The notes under the pieces were generated by a model. The model had not been told where the DNA came from and did no database searches. It saw only the letters and a program-made list of their open reading frames with translations. From IMG/VR virus record IMGVR_UViG_3300049015_000083, positions 1 to 31,849 of that record: 31,849 nucleotides of DNA; one strand, given 5' to 3'. Positions 8,962-18,083 of the stretch are shown here, piece after piece. Position 1 is the first letter of the stretch. Each line of letters starts with the position of its first letter. The translations under genes and the position numbers were made by a program. The DNA is from a virus (taxonomy: Duplodnaviria; Caudoviricetes).

Positions 8962-9746
8962 TAGCTGTAGAGGTCCTCGTCCCATCCACCCTTGCCCGAT
9001 AGCTGCCATTCATGGGAAACGGTGTAAACCTTGTCCTGTTCCGTTACGTTGCAGCCTAGAAACAGCCAGTTTCTATCATCGGAAACGGCGGGCGCTCCCT
9101 TTGCGGTGGTGATCTTGCCCACCTTGTTCAGGATGGTGGCGGTGGGGAGTTTCTTCGATGTAAATGTCGTCCGCCAGATTTGCGCGGGGTAGAGATAGGT
9201 CTCCACGCCAGTAGTCAAAAATGTGACCAACTCCTGCCCCCGGTCGCTTTCGATGGTGTATGTCGAGGTGTCGTCCTTGTTCGCGATGTTCTGATAGCTG
9301 AAAGGCGTGTCGCTGATTTCCTCATACTTTCCCGATTTGACGTTCTGGATGATTGCCAGATCCTCGTCGGGAACGTCCTTGTAACGGAAATGGGACTCGA
9401 TGGGTTCTTCGTTGGTGACGATACCCAGCTCGTAAGTGGCGGACGAGGGATTCTCCTCGTCGGCACCCGCATCTTCTTGGAATCCGCCGTAGGTGCATGT
9501 TACCTGGACAAGATCGCCTTCAAGATTCGCGACATGAACCGATGAAACGAGCATGAAGGACCAGCCGGGTAGCTGGCAGGGCGTGCCGTTGGAAGGAATG
9601 AGTGCTGTCGCATTGCTAAGGCGACAGGTGAACGATTCCGAGCCAGTCCACTTTCCTTTGTCGTCCCGGGTCGCGGTGAAATCCGCATTCCATTCCACTT
9701 GCCCCGAAGGGAGTCCAAATATCGTCGATTTCGGTGTGTAGGCCAT
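8961..9746 (-). CDS. Distal tail/hub-like protein
   Basis: Directly after the tape measure gene; beta-rich; ends GGWDEDLYS. Confidence 0.6.
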   Translation of the reverse strand: MAYTPKSTIFGLPSGQVEWNADFTATRDDKGKWTGSESFTCRLSNATALIPSNGTPCQLPGWSFMLVSSVHVANLEGDLVQVTCTYGGFQEDAGADEENPSSATYELGIVTNEEPIESHFRYKDVPDEDLAIIQNVKSGKYEEISDTPFSYQNIANKDDTSTYTIESDRGQELVTFLTTGVETYLYPAQIWRTTFTSKKLPTATILNKVGKITTAKGAPAVSDDRNWLFLGCNVTEQDKVYTVSHEWQLSGKGGWDEDLYS

Positions 9747-9769
9747 CTCGCGAGAGAGGCCGTGTCAAT

Positions 9770-11245
9770 TTACCCCCACGCGGGCGGGATGGCTGCGGCC
9801 TGTCGCTTGGCGGTGTTCGCCGCGATGGTTTCCAAAAGTTGGTTCGTCCGCTTTTGAATCGAAACCAACGGATTCCTAGTGAATGCGGCCGCGCCCCCGA
9901 TTCTTGCCAAGCTCGATAGAACTGGCTTCAGCGGTTCCTGACGAATAACTTCCCCCGGAACGGGAACGCGCTTCACATTCCGCGTCATGAGAAGATCGGC
10001 GCTATTGCCAAGCATGGCGCTCCTGACGGAATCGCTAAAATCAAAAATCTCTTTGAAGATGGATTCCGCGTCGGCGGCCGCATCACGGACAGCCGAAGTT
10101 TTCTCCGCCTTCCCCATCGGTTCCAAAAATCTCTTCAAGGCATCGTCGCCGCCAAGGGTGTTCCTGTTCCGTTGGAAGATATCGGAGAAGTTTTCCTTTG
10201 GTGTCGAATACTGTCGATAGACGGCGTGGGCGACTTGCCCGTTGGAAAGAGTTATCGGAACCTTTTTGTCGTCCTCGATACCTGCCAGCCTCCCGATCTT
10301 GGTTCCTCGGAGCGAGTCTTCCAGTGCTCTGCCGAATCGCTGCGCGGCAAATTCAAAAACAGAAATCAGCAGTTCGCCGGTCTTGCGGATTGTGGCAGAG
10401 AAGCCGTCCCAAAGGGTATCCCAGAGTTTTCCCTGTTTGAATGCTTGAACCAGATTATCAACGACGTTGCCGATCTTCCCGCCTAGCGGGCCAAGGTCCA
10501 AGTTGGTGATGGCCTCGCCAAGATCCTTGAAAACGTTGATGTTCGCCCCAGCCAGTCCGGCAAAGAACTGTTTGAACTTGTAGTGAAGCCCGCCGATGGC
10601 GTCGCCGACGGCGTCCAGATCGTCCGCGTAAGCGTCCATATTGCCCGCGAGCGATCCGACATACTTGGCCGCGTCCGAAAGGGCGTCAGGAGACTTGAAG
10701 AGCGTGATTAGGGACGGTCCCAGCTTTCCGAAAAAGTCGGCCGATGCCTTCAGCTTTGCCTGTTGGGTGGATAGGCCGCCAATGGCTTTTGAGATTCTCA
10801 AAAATCTTTCTTCAGGGCTGAGACTTTGAAGGGTCTTCAGGTCCATCCCGAATTTCTCCAGCCATTCGAGTGCGTCCGCTGTTGGGTCCTCTATCTTGTT
10901 GGATAGACCAGCGATGATTTTGGTGATGCTGTCGGCGGAAACTCCAGCGTCTTCCAACGCCTTGCCAAAAATGACCAGATTCCCTTTGGCCATGCCGGTG
11001 CGGGCCGATAGGTCCGAGATCGTTCCGGAGTAGTCCATCAGGTCCTTGAGTCCAGAGGCCAGCCCGGCAACGCCCAAGCCTCCCAGGATACCGCCAAGGG
11101 CCGCGAGGGGGGCGGCAATGGATTTGACTGCCGATGCAACGCTTGATGCCGTCGCTTTCACCTTTGAGATGCTGGAAACGACTTTCGCGGCTCCTTGCTG
11201 AACTCCGGTAGTGTCTGCGGTGAATCTTACTTTTACGTCGGCCAT
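9770..11245 (-). CDS. Tape measure protein (short, 491 aa)
   Basis: MADVKVRFTADT start; Ala/Gly-rich helical sequence; DLSARTG motif; follows the chaperone pair. Confidence 0.85.
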   Translation of the reverse strand: MADVKVRFTADTTGVQQGAAKVVSSISKVKATASSVASAVKSIAAPLAALGGILGGLGVAGLASGLKDLMDYSGTISDLSARTGMAKGNLVIFGKALEDAGVSADSITKIIAGLSNKIEDPTADALEWLEKFGMDLKTLQSLSPEERFLRISKAIGGLSTQQAKLKASADFFGKLGPSLITLFKSPDALSDAAKYVGSLAGNMDAYADDLDAVGDAIGGLHYKFKQFFAGLAGANINVFKDLGEAITNLDLGPLGGKIGNVVDNLVQAFKQGKLWDTLWDGFSATIRKTGELLISVFEFAAQRFGRALEDSLRGTKIGRLAGIEDDKKVPITLSNGQVAHAVYRQYSTPKENFSDIFQRNRNTLGGDDALKRFLEPMGKAEKTSAVRDAAADAESIFKEIFDFSDSVRSAMLGNSADLLMTRNVKRVPVPGEVIRQEPLKPVLSSLARIGGAAAFTRNPLVSIQKRTNQLLETIAANTAKRQAAAIPPAWG

Positions 11246-11266
11246 ACACCGGGCCGCGATGTCAAT

Positions 11267-11479
11267 TTAGAGCTGTTGGAATAGCTCATGGAGTTCCTGC
11301 CGCTCCTCGTCATCCGTGATGAAGTGGGTTTCCATTTCGTAGGATCGCAAGAGCGCGTGCCGATAGGACCAGACGCGGCCCAACGGCATGTCCAGAATCT
11401 TGTCTTCATCCCAGCCGGTTTCCTTTGAAATGGAGAAGACCAGCGACGCCACCCAATGGGGTTCGGCGCAAGCCGTTAC
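11267..11479 (-). CDS. Tail assembly chaperone C-terminal extension (gpT-like), reached by -1 frameshift
   Basis: Open in the -1 frame from the slippery A_AAA_AAG at 11485-11479; contains GWDEDKILDMPL. Confidence 0.7.
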   Translation of the reverse strand, partial: VTACAEPHWVASLVFSISKETGWDEDKILDMPLGRVWSYRHALLRSYEMETHFITDDEERQELHELFQQL

Positions 11480-11844
11480 TTTTTTGGGCTACCCGCCTTT
11501 TCCTTCACTTCCACGACAGCGGCTGCGGCGTCAGCGTTGGAGCGGTCCACAAGCTGGCCAAGCTCGTTCAGGTCATCAGGCGAAAATGTTTCGGCGTAAT
11601 CCAAAATGACTTCATCGAAGGCTTCCCCGTTGATCGCGGCGAGAATCTCGCGGGAATCGTGAGAGCTGATGAAAAGCAGATCCAACAGGCCGCGCAATTG
11701 ATCGCCGCCGAAATAAAACGGACTGCCGGCCTTTTCCAACAAAAGAAGGGTGCGGGCCGTGAGGGGTCGATAGGAAATTCCCTTGAAATCGAAGCCAGCC
11801 GCGAGAAATCCGTTAACTATCCTTTTATCTCTATTTATATTCAT
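11476..11844 (-). CDS. Tail assembly chaperone (gpG-like)
   Basis: Lies between tail tube and tape measure; ends ...CCA AAA AAG TAA. Confidence 0.75.
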   Translation of the reverse strand: MNINRDKRIVNGFLAAGFDFKGISYRPLTARTLLLLEKAGSPFYFGGDQLRGLLDLLFISSHDSREILAAINGEAFDEVILDYAETFSPDDLNELGQLVDRSNADAAAAVVEVKEKAGSPKK

Positions 11845-11846
11845 AT

Positions 11847-12233
11847 TTATAGCTGAGAGAAGACCTTGTTTTGAAGATCGGCGGATGCGTTCTTGGAAAT
11901 GATTGCCATTTTGCCGTTTTTCTCGATCACGACGAGGTCGAGTCCCTGATTGACCTTGTCCAGCAGCCCTTCCTTATTCTGGTAGGCGCAGCGGATGTAG
12001 GAAAGCGGGTGCTCCGGGTTCCGTTCGTGGAAAAGCGGATCGTCCCATGCTTTGAGCAGGTCCAAGGTCTGGTAGGCACCGCAGGCCGAGCTTTCCTTGA
12101 AGAAAAACGTGTATTGCTCACCCTTCAAGGTGCGGGACTTCATGAATGGCGTGTCGCAGAAGGGGACGCCGACGGCGAGCAGGGCGCTTGCGAGGGCAAG
12201 GCTGTTGATTGATATAAAGGATTCTCTGTTCAT
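11847..12233 (-). CDS. Hypothetical phage protein (weak DUF5659-like N-terminus)
   Basis: Clean ATG ORF with a TTGAC-N17-ATG motif; LASALLAVG...YTFFF pattern. Confidence 0.6.
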   Translation of the reverse strand: MNRESFISINSLALASALLAVGVPFCDTPFMKSRTLKGEQYTFFFKESSACGAYQTLDLLKAWDDPLFHERNPEHPLSYIRCAYQNKEGLLDKVNQGLDLVVIEKNGKMAIISKNASADLQNKVFSQL

Positions 12234-12253
12234 CTCGAACAGAGGGACCCGTC

Positions 12254-12285
12254 AAAAAAGAAAGCCCCCCGATTGCTCGGGAGGC
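12254..12285 (-). terminator. Intrinsic terminator after the tail tube gene
   Basis: GCCTCCCGA-GCAA-TCGGGGGGC followed by TTTCTTTTTT. Confidence 0.85.
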
Positions 12286-12313
12286 CTCTTATTATTCCGG
12301 GTTTGCCCAGAAA

Positions 12314-12691
12314 TTAGGAGGTGATGTTTGGATAGAAGGTCGCGGAAACCTTGATTCCCTTGTAATCCTCTTGGTTGCTATCGACCGTGACCTGTTCGAT
12401 GATTGTGAGACCGCCTGTCACGCCGCCCTTAAGATAAGCTGTCATGGCGTTGCCAAGTGTTAGGGAGGCGGCGATGGTGCCGCTGAAAGGGGAGGTGGCC
12501 GGAACCTTGCCGTCCAAGGAGATTTTAACGGTTTCGTTGTAAAAGGTGATTCCCGAGGTGTTGCCGGTGCGGTTTCTTACGGTCTTGTTGTCGGAGGTGT
12601 AATCGTAGGAAGTGCTTTCCAGAATGATTCCAACCTGATCTGCCCCGATTCCGAATACGCCGTCGCCGAATGAAGTTGCTGTTGCTGCCAA
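12314..12691 (-). CDS. Major tail tube protein (putative)
   Basis: T/G/S-rich beta protein upstream of the chaperones, with its own terminator; TTG start. Confidence 0.65.
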   Translation of the reverse strand: MAATATSFGDGVFGIGADQVGIILESTSYDYTSDNKTVRNRTGNTSGITFYNETVKISLDGKVPATSPFSGTIAASLTLGNAMTAYLKGGVTGGLTIIEQVTVDSNQEDYKGIKVSATFYPNITS

Positions 12692-12746
12692 TGTCTTTGC
12701 TTTCTATTAAAAATTTTTGAGTGAATCTCTAATAGGGGTTATGGCG

Positions 12747-13184
12747 TCAAATATCCTTGGCCACGCAGAAGGCATCAAAGGACACGGCGACCACGGTTGA
12801 ATAGTCCTCGTCCGCGCGCGTTGTTCCCCTAACGAAAAGACGGTGGATTCCGAAATCCGGCGCGGGCCTAGTGTCGATGCCAGAGGTGGGAGCGTTCAAT
12901 GAAGTCTCCAGCGATTCCCGATCACAAAGGGCTTCTATCACCTCGTCGGTGGCGTCGTCGGCTTCGCTGTTGTCCGCGTCCTCGTATCCTTGAAAGATGA
13001 TCCTCACCCACCCGGCAACCGTGTAATGGCCAAAATTTCCCTTTATCGCTGATTCCTCGCTGTCATAGCCCACGACGATGCATGGCAGTTCACGGGTGGC
13101 ATTCTGATCAAAGGAGTAAACCGTGATATCAGAAAGGGGAGTCAGGTAGTTCTTTAAATTCGAAACAAGCTTCTTGCCGCACAT
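12747..13184 (-). CDS. Tail terminator/completion protein (putative)
   Basis: Start re-assigned to MCGKK at 13184; ELPCIVV motif; located before the tail tube gene. Confidence 0.6.
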   Translation of the reverse strand: MCGKKLVSNLKNYLTPLSDITVYSFDQNATRELPCIVVGYDSEESAIKGNFGHYTVAGWVRIIFQGYEDADNSEADDATDEVIEALCDRESLETSLNAPTSGIDTRPAPDFGIHRLFVRGTTRADEDYSTVVAVSFDAFCVAKDI

Positions 13185-13200
13185 ATAGCGGGCCGCCTTG

Positions 13201-13947
13201 TCAAACTCTCCTGCCGAGGGCTTCCAGTTGTTTCTTGAGCCGCTTAAGGTGGTTCCTGTAGGCGTTGCTAACGGCTGCCTGAATCTTGGCATCCGAGATC
13301 ACGCTTGATGCGTAGCGAACATGATTCACGAGGATCACAGCGGTTAGCCAGCCGTTGCGAATGATCTGGGAAGAACCGAGCGCCGCCGCTTTTTTGAGCC
13401 ATTTGGCGATTCTGGTTTTTGAGCCGAGACTTGCGCCAGCCTGGAGCCATCCCGCTTTCGCCGTTCCAGCCGAGAGAGCTTTGCGGGCTTTCAGGCGGTC
13501 CAGCTCGGCTTTGCCAGTGATTCCGAGCGGGCGGGGCGTTGCGACGCGGCCACGGGCGTTTCTGGCTCGTTCTAGGTGCGTGCCGTCATCGGTCGCACCG
13601 ACCGAAAACCCGGAAATGACCTGTTCCGCGATGGATTGGGCCTTGGACGTGTCACCGTCGTTCATTGCCGCCGCATACGCTGCCGCCAGCTTTCGATCGA
13701 GCTTCTTGATTTCGTTGTAAGTCCGGCCGGTGTCCCAGTAGGTCCGGCTGATATCCTTGAAGACGGCTCCTTCAAGAATGGTCTGCGAATTTTTGGTCAC
13801 GCCGTAAGGTTCCACCCGATAGGCAAGCTGGGTTGCGCCGATCCTCGCCATTTCCGTGATCGAGTCTTCGGCGGTCTTATCCAGTCCAATGGTGAATTTT
13901 TTGAGCTGCCGCTTTAGTTCTGCGTCATCCACCTTCACTTTAACCAT
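13201..13947 (-). CDS. Neck/tail-completion protein (HK97 gp10-like)
   Basis: Start MVKVKVDD at 13947 (TAATG overlap); basic; AKAGW and NHVRYA motifs. Confidence 0.6.
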   Translation of the reverse strand: MVKVKVDDAELKRQLKKFTIGLDKTAEDSITEMARIGATQLAYRVEPYGVTKNSQTILEGAVFKDISRTYWDTGRTYNEIKKLDRKLAAAYAAAMNDGDTSKAQSIAEQVISGFSVGATDDGTHLERARNARGRVATPRPLGITGKAELDRLKARKALSAGTAKAGWLQAGASLGSKTRIAKWLKKAAALGSSQIIRNGWLTAVILVNHVRYASSVISDAKIQAAVSNAYRNHLKRLKKQLEALGRRV

Positions 13948-14249
13948 TACGTCTTGTCGGGGGAAACGAGGGTGAAATGGCAAATTGCCGCGCCGTATCG
14001 AACAACAGTTACTCGCCACGGTTCGCCGTCTATGGTGATCGTCCCTCCTTTGAGACTCTTGGGATTCGTAAGCAAAGAAGTCTGGATTGATAGGGAGGCT
14101 TCGTTGTCGGGTTCAAATCCGCCAAAAGTTTTGTTGTCCCGATGGGTCGATTGATTGAAGACGGCTTCAACAGTGGAAGCGCCGATAGTGGCGTCCACTT
14201 TGGGTAGGAGGGCAAACCCCGCGAGAATGAAAGGAGATAAGTCCATCAT
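13947..14249 (-). CDS. Head-tail joining/closure protein (putative)
   Basis: Start at 14249 (ATGA overlap); GGTITIDGEPWRV beta motif typical of gpFII-like proteins. Confidence 0.6.
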   Translation of the reverse strand: MMDLSPFILAGFALLPKVDATIGASTVEAVFNQSTHRDNKTFGGFEPDNEASLSIQTSLLTNPKSLKGGTITIDGEPWRVTVVRYGAAICHFTLVSPDKT

Positions 14250-15547
14250 GCGATTTTGCGGAATATAACGTAGCTGCCGCTCATGAGGATTGCCGGATTG
14301 CTGGCGTCCGTCGTCGAACGCTGGGTTATTTGGAGTCCGAAAGTCTGTTGGGTGGTTGTAACGATGGTGCCGTTGATGCTGGAGATGGCGTATTTGTCGC
14401 CGGATGGGTCGTTTGAGTGGGCTGCCGCGAGATGGATGTTTGAGTCCGCTCGGAGGTAGCTGGCCTGAAGGATCGTTAGGCCAAAGAAAGAGGTTCCTCG
14501 ATAGTTGGTTGTTCTCATCACTCCGGTCCCTGCCAGGGCGGTGAATTGGATGGTTACTCCTGCCGTGGAAGAGGCGGTGTAGGCGCCAATCATCCCTTGA
14601 TACGCCCATGTTCCAGCGGGTAGCGTGACTTGCCGTGTCGAGTTGGTCCAAGAACTGGATGAAGCGGAGGATGTGCCGGTCGTGTCATGAAGGGCGACAG
14701 TCTGGCCATAGCGGGAATCTGCCAATCCGCGACTCATTGCGCTTTGCGCGTCGGTTGCCGCTTGTCCTGCCGCCAGTTGGGTTTGGCCTGTGACGGTCAA
14801 CGGGCCGCCGATGGTGGTAGCTCCGGCGGAGGTGATGGTGAGATACCCGTTCCCGAGGTCAAAATTGTTTCTGTTATAGTTGATGTAAAACGGGTTTCGG
14901 GTCGATTCCAACCGTCCGGCATACATGAGGAAGTCGCCCAAGCTGCTTCTGACCGTTAGTCCGTCGGTAAAGTTCGCTGGGTTTCCGAGGACGGTGTTGC
15001 CTGTGACGGATATCGACCCAGCGGAAAGCGACCCTGCGGCGGTTGCGTTGCCAGATAGCCAAAGGTCCTTGAAGCGTAGCGCCGAGCTTCCCACGTCCCT
15101 TGTGTTCGTGGAGGAGGGAAGGAGAGACGAGGCGAAGCGGGCGTTCAGTGTGATGGTGTCACCCGCAGTTCCTCCTAGCACTGTGTTGCCGTTGGTGGTA
15201 AAGGTCCCGCCAACGGACGCACCGGAATTTATCGTGACGCTCCCCTCAATATCGAGGTCGTTGAAGGTGTTGAAGCCAAACCACTGGTTATCATCTGAGA
15301 GGCTGCCCTTTTGGTCGAGCCGCTCGGGGAAATCGGTTGCATCCAGAATCGATTGATAGGAAACCAACGGATTCCAAGTCGTTCCCTCGTCCGCGGAAAC
15401 TTCCAAGCCCGTGCCGCCGTCCTGAATCTGCGGCGTGGTGCCGTCCTGTCCCGATTCGCCCGTCAAGCCGCGTGGCTTCTCATCTATCAAAATGGAAACA
15501 GGAGAAGCGGCGGGTTCGGTGATTGAGATGGTTACTGTGTCTGGCAT
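14246..15547 (-). CDS. Fibre-like virion protein (head/collar fibre or decoration)
   Basis: G/T/S-rich beta repeats, a short collagen-like GxxGxxG stretch and DVGSSALRFKDLWLSG. Confidence 0.6.
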   Translation of the reverse strand: MPDTVTISITEPAASPVSILIDEKPRGLTGESGQDGTTPQIQDGGTGLEVSADEGTTWNPLVSYQSILDATDFPERLDQKGSLSDDNQWFGFNTFNDLDIEGSVTINSGASVGGTFTTNGNTVLGGTAGDTITLNARFASSLLPSSTNTRDVGSSALRFKDLWLSGNATAAGSLSAGSISVTGNTVLGNPANFTDGLTVRSSLGDFLMYAGRLESTRNPFYINYNRNNFDLGNGYLTITSAGATTIGGPLTVTGQTQLAAGQAATDAQSAMSRGLADSRYGQTVALHDTTGTSSASSSSWTNSTRQVTLPAGTWAYQGMIGAYTASSTAGVTIQFTALAGTGVMRTTNYRGTSFFGLTILQASYLRADSNIHLAAAHSNDPSGDKYAISSINGTIVTTTQQTFGLQITQRSTTDASNPAILMSGSYVIFRKIA

Positions 15548-15550
15548 GGG

Positions 15551-15889
15551 TCAAATGAGCTTCCAGCTTCCTTGTAGGTAGGTCCTTAGCTGGCCAGCGG
15601 CCGAGGTCGTATGCAGCTCGTAGGTGTGGACTCCGGGGGAGAGTGGGATTTCGGATTCGGGGATGTGAAAAGTCCATGCGGCGGCGTCATCGATGACGAG
15701 GCCGCCGTTAGCAGAGGAGAGAACTAGCGGTGCCGTGCCCGAAAAGGTTATCGCCACGCTTTCCAGCGCGGATGGCGGGGCTTCGCCATTAACGAGGATG
15801 GTGATTGCGCCCGTGCCGGGAAAGGTGTCGCCCGCCACCGCAGAGGGCAGGTTCCAACGGGCGGGCAAGTAATCTGTGTCGCAACTCAT
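15551..15889 (-). CDS. Small beta-sandwich virion protein (BppU-like)
   Basis: Start re-assigned to 15889; AGDTF...YELH...RTYLQGSW pattern. Confidence 0.55.
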   Translation of the reverse strand: MSCDTDYLPARWNLPSAVAGDTFPGTGAITILVNGEAPPSALESVAITFSGTAPLVLSSANGGLVIDDAAAWTFHIPESEIPLSPGVHTYELHTTSAAGQLRTYLQGSWKLI

Positions 15890-15908
15890 CAAGGGACGCG
15901 CCCCCGTC

Positions 15909-15945
15909 AAAAACAAAAAGCCCCGTGGAATGATTTCCACGGGGC
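15909..15945 (-). terminator. Intrinsic terminator after the major capsid gene
   Basis: Perfect 11-bp stem GCCCCGTGGAA-ATCA-TTCCACGGGGC followed by TTTTTGTTTTT. Confidence 0.9.
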
Positions 15946-15962
15946 CTAACGAATTAAAGTGA

Positions 15963-16817
15963 TTAGACTGTTTTGACGAGCTTCAGGGCGGTCGCGTCGC
16001 CAGCGGCAGCACCGAAGAGAACATCAAAGGAACCCCATGTGTTGCGGGTTCCAGCGGATGCCCAAAGATTGCTTTGGATGGACAGCCCAAGGCCGGGAAC
16101 TTCGAAGACTTCGGATTCCAACAGGTTCGAGACCTGCGGGGTATAAGCCGGAATAGCGGAGGCAAAGGCCAGAGCGCCACGATTGCCCGCGAAGCCGACA
16201 ATCTTGGTTCCAGCGGAAGCGAAACCGTTCCCGGTGTGTCCTAGGAAATCGAAACCGTAGCCCGATGGGGTCTTGGTTGGATCAAAGGAATTGAGGTCGG
16301 CGGGCAAAATGTTTTTGAATTCACTATCGGCCAAGACGCACGCCTTGTAGTCGCCGGGAAGAGCGCCCCAAAGGGTCTTCAAGTTGGCAACGCTCAATGC
16401 TCCCGCTGTGATGCCCGTTACTGGAGCCGTGCCGAATGTCGCTTCGGTCAACAGGGTGAAGACAATGGCTTCAATCTTGTTGGCAACGACGGCAATGTTG
16501 ATGTCCGCGAGGCTTTCAAGGCGGGTGCCTGAGCCGAAGTCGGCGGATGTGATGTAGAACGACTTCGAAACGTGATCCAGCGTGACGGGCGCGTTAACGG
16601 CCGTGGTGTCGCCGGTTTCAAAGTTGGTTGGGTTCGTTTGAACCGCGCTGGTTGCCGTGAAAACGGGAACATTGATTACGCGGGAGCGTTGGTCGCGGAC
16701 TTCGTCGCTGAAGTCTGTGGTGAATGCAGCTAGGTATGCGAGCTTGTGCTGTAACTTGGTGATCGCTTTTTGAGCGAGGATTTTGTTTACAAGGGTAGAG
16801 TCTAAAGAGTTTGCCAT
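15963..16817 (-). CDS. Major capsid protein
   Basis: MANSL start; follows protease and scaffold; FTTDFS and DVLFGAA patterns; followed by a terminator. Confidence 0.8.
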   Translation of the reverse strand: MANSLDSTLVNKILAQKAITKLQHKLAYLAAFTTDFSDEVRDQRSRVINVPVFTATSAVQTNPTNFETGDTTAVNAPVTLDHVSKSFYITSADFGSGTRLESLADINIAVVANKIEAIVFTLLTEATFGTAPVTGITAGALSVANLKTLWGALPGDYKACVLADSEFKNILPADLNSFDPTKTPSGYGFDFLGHTGNGFASAGTKIVGFAGNRGALAFASAIPAYTPQVSNLLESEVFEVPGLGLSIQSNLWASAGTRNTWGSFDVLFGAAAGDATALKLVKTV

Positions 16818-16851
16818 CTATGGGGGTTAAATTTCTATGCGTGGTTTTGGA

Positions 16852-17286
16852 TTATCTGCCGTTCTTTAGAGCTGCGGCGATCTCTTGTTTGTGAGTGTTA
16901 TAAAAGCTGAGAAGTTCTTTTCCCTTCAGTCCTTTGAATGTGGAAACGATGTCAATTTCCTCGGTTTCCGTTTCCAAAATCTCAACCTGTTCGTGGCCGG
17001 TCTCGGCCAATAGCTCGACGGCTTTCAGCGAAACCTGTTCGTCGATCTTCAGCGCATCCCGCGAGGCTTCCGCGAGGCTGGCGTTGAGTGTCTCTATCGT
17101 TTCCTTGAGCGCCTTGTTCTCGCTATCAACTCTTTCGAATTCGGCTTTGAGCGTTCCGGCAAGCTGTGTCGCGGTTGCCAGCTCTTCTTGAACGGTGGCA
17201 AACTGCGTGTTCAGCGATTCGAACTCACCTTGGAGAACGACAAGCGCCTGCTCCGATTCATTGATTTTGCTTTTAAATAAATTCAT
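16852..17286 (-). CDS. Capsid scaffolding protein (putative)
   Basis: Acidic coiled coil between protease and capsid genes. Confidence 0.65.
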   Translation of the reverse strand: MNLFKSKINESEQALVVLQGEFESLNTQFATVQEELATATQLAGTLKAEFERVDSENKALKETIETLNASLAEASRDALKIDEQVSLKAVELLAETGHEQVEILETETEEIDIVSTFKGLKGKELLSFYNTHKQEIAAALKNGR

Positions 17287-17288
17287 AA

Positions 17289-18083
17289 TTATAAATTGGG
17301 GGGCAGTGTCAAAAATGTGTCCGCTAGTTCGGTTGCCCGTTGGATCGCGGCCTGTTCGGTGCCGATTTCGTCAACGAGTCCCAGCTCGACGGCGCGGCTT
17401 CCGCTATACCAGCCAGCCTTGAAACATTCGGGGGAGATGCCGGGACGGTTCGCGAGGACGTGATTTTGGAAGGTCTCGCCCGCTTGGTTGATGCTCTCTT
17501 GCAAAAATGCTTTTTGGTCTTCCGTGAGGCTCGCCAAATGGCCGGTGCTTTTGAGAGTCGCGCCGTCGTTGGTGAAGCTGTCCAGGCTAACGCCCATCCC
17601 CGCGAGAAAAGCCGACGTGTCGGCCCAAACCATGATTGCGCCGATGTTTCCGACTTCGGCGCTTTTGGTGGAAACGATGTATGTAGCGCCAGAGGCCACC
17701 TTGTATGCGGCGGAACAGGCCAAGCCTTCCAGATAGGCAACGACGGGAACCGCGAGATTCTCGACGGCTTCGGCCGCTTCAATCGCGCCCGCTACGGTGC
17801 CGCCGCCGCTGTCCACGTGTAGGACGACGGCTTTCGCGCCTTGATCGATAACGGATCGAAGGTCGGCCGCAACGTCGGCGTAATCGGTGTTTCCCAGCTT
17901 TTTGTCGATGGGGGCGGCGTCCCGCAAAAGGGTGCCGTAAACGGAAACGTGCCCGATGCCGTTTTCGACGCGGGCGGGCTGTCGTTGGTTCACAAATTCA
18001 CTAAGGTCGAAACCTTCTTTTGCCTTGGTTCTGTTGGCGTGATAAGCGGCAAATGCCTCGTGGCTGATTTCAAAAAGGGTCAT
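17289..18083 (-). CDS. Prohead protease, S49 (SppA/ClpP-like) family
   Basis: Motifs LHVDSGGG, ACSAAYKVAS, VGNIG and AVELGLVDEI. Confidence 0.92.
   Translation of the reverse strand: MTLFEISHEAFAAYHANRTKAKEGFDLSEFVNQRQPARVENGIGHVSVYGTLLRDAAPIDKKLGNTDYADVAADLRSVIDQGAKAVVLHVDSGGGTVAGAIEAAEAVENLAVPVVAYLEGLACSAAYKVASGATYIVSTKSAEVGNIGAIMVWADTSAFLAGMGVSLDSFTNDGATLKSTGHLASLTEDQKAFLQESINQAGETFQNHVLANRPGISPECFKAGWYSGSRAVELGLVDEIGTEQAAIQRATELADTFLTLPPNL

Noticed and set aside
15548-15554. TTGAC before the ATG at 15547
   Set aside because: Only 2 nt from the ATG and followed by C; explained by the upstream TGA stop codon.
16951-16955. Extra AATTGACA copy inside the scaffold gene
   Set aside because: No start codon at 14-17 nt. 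It could be chance or an internal capsid promoter, so it was not counted among the 13 copies.
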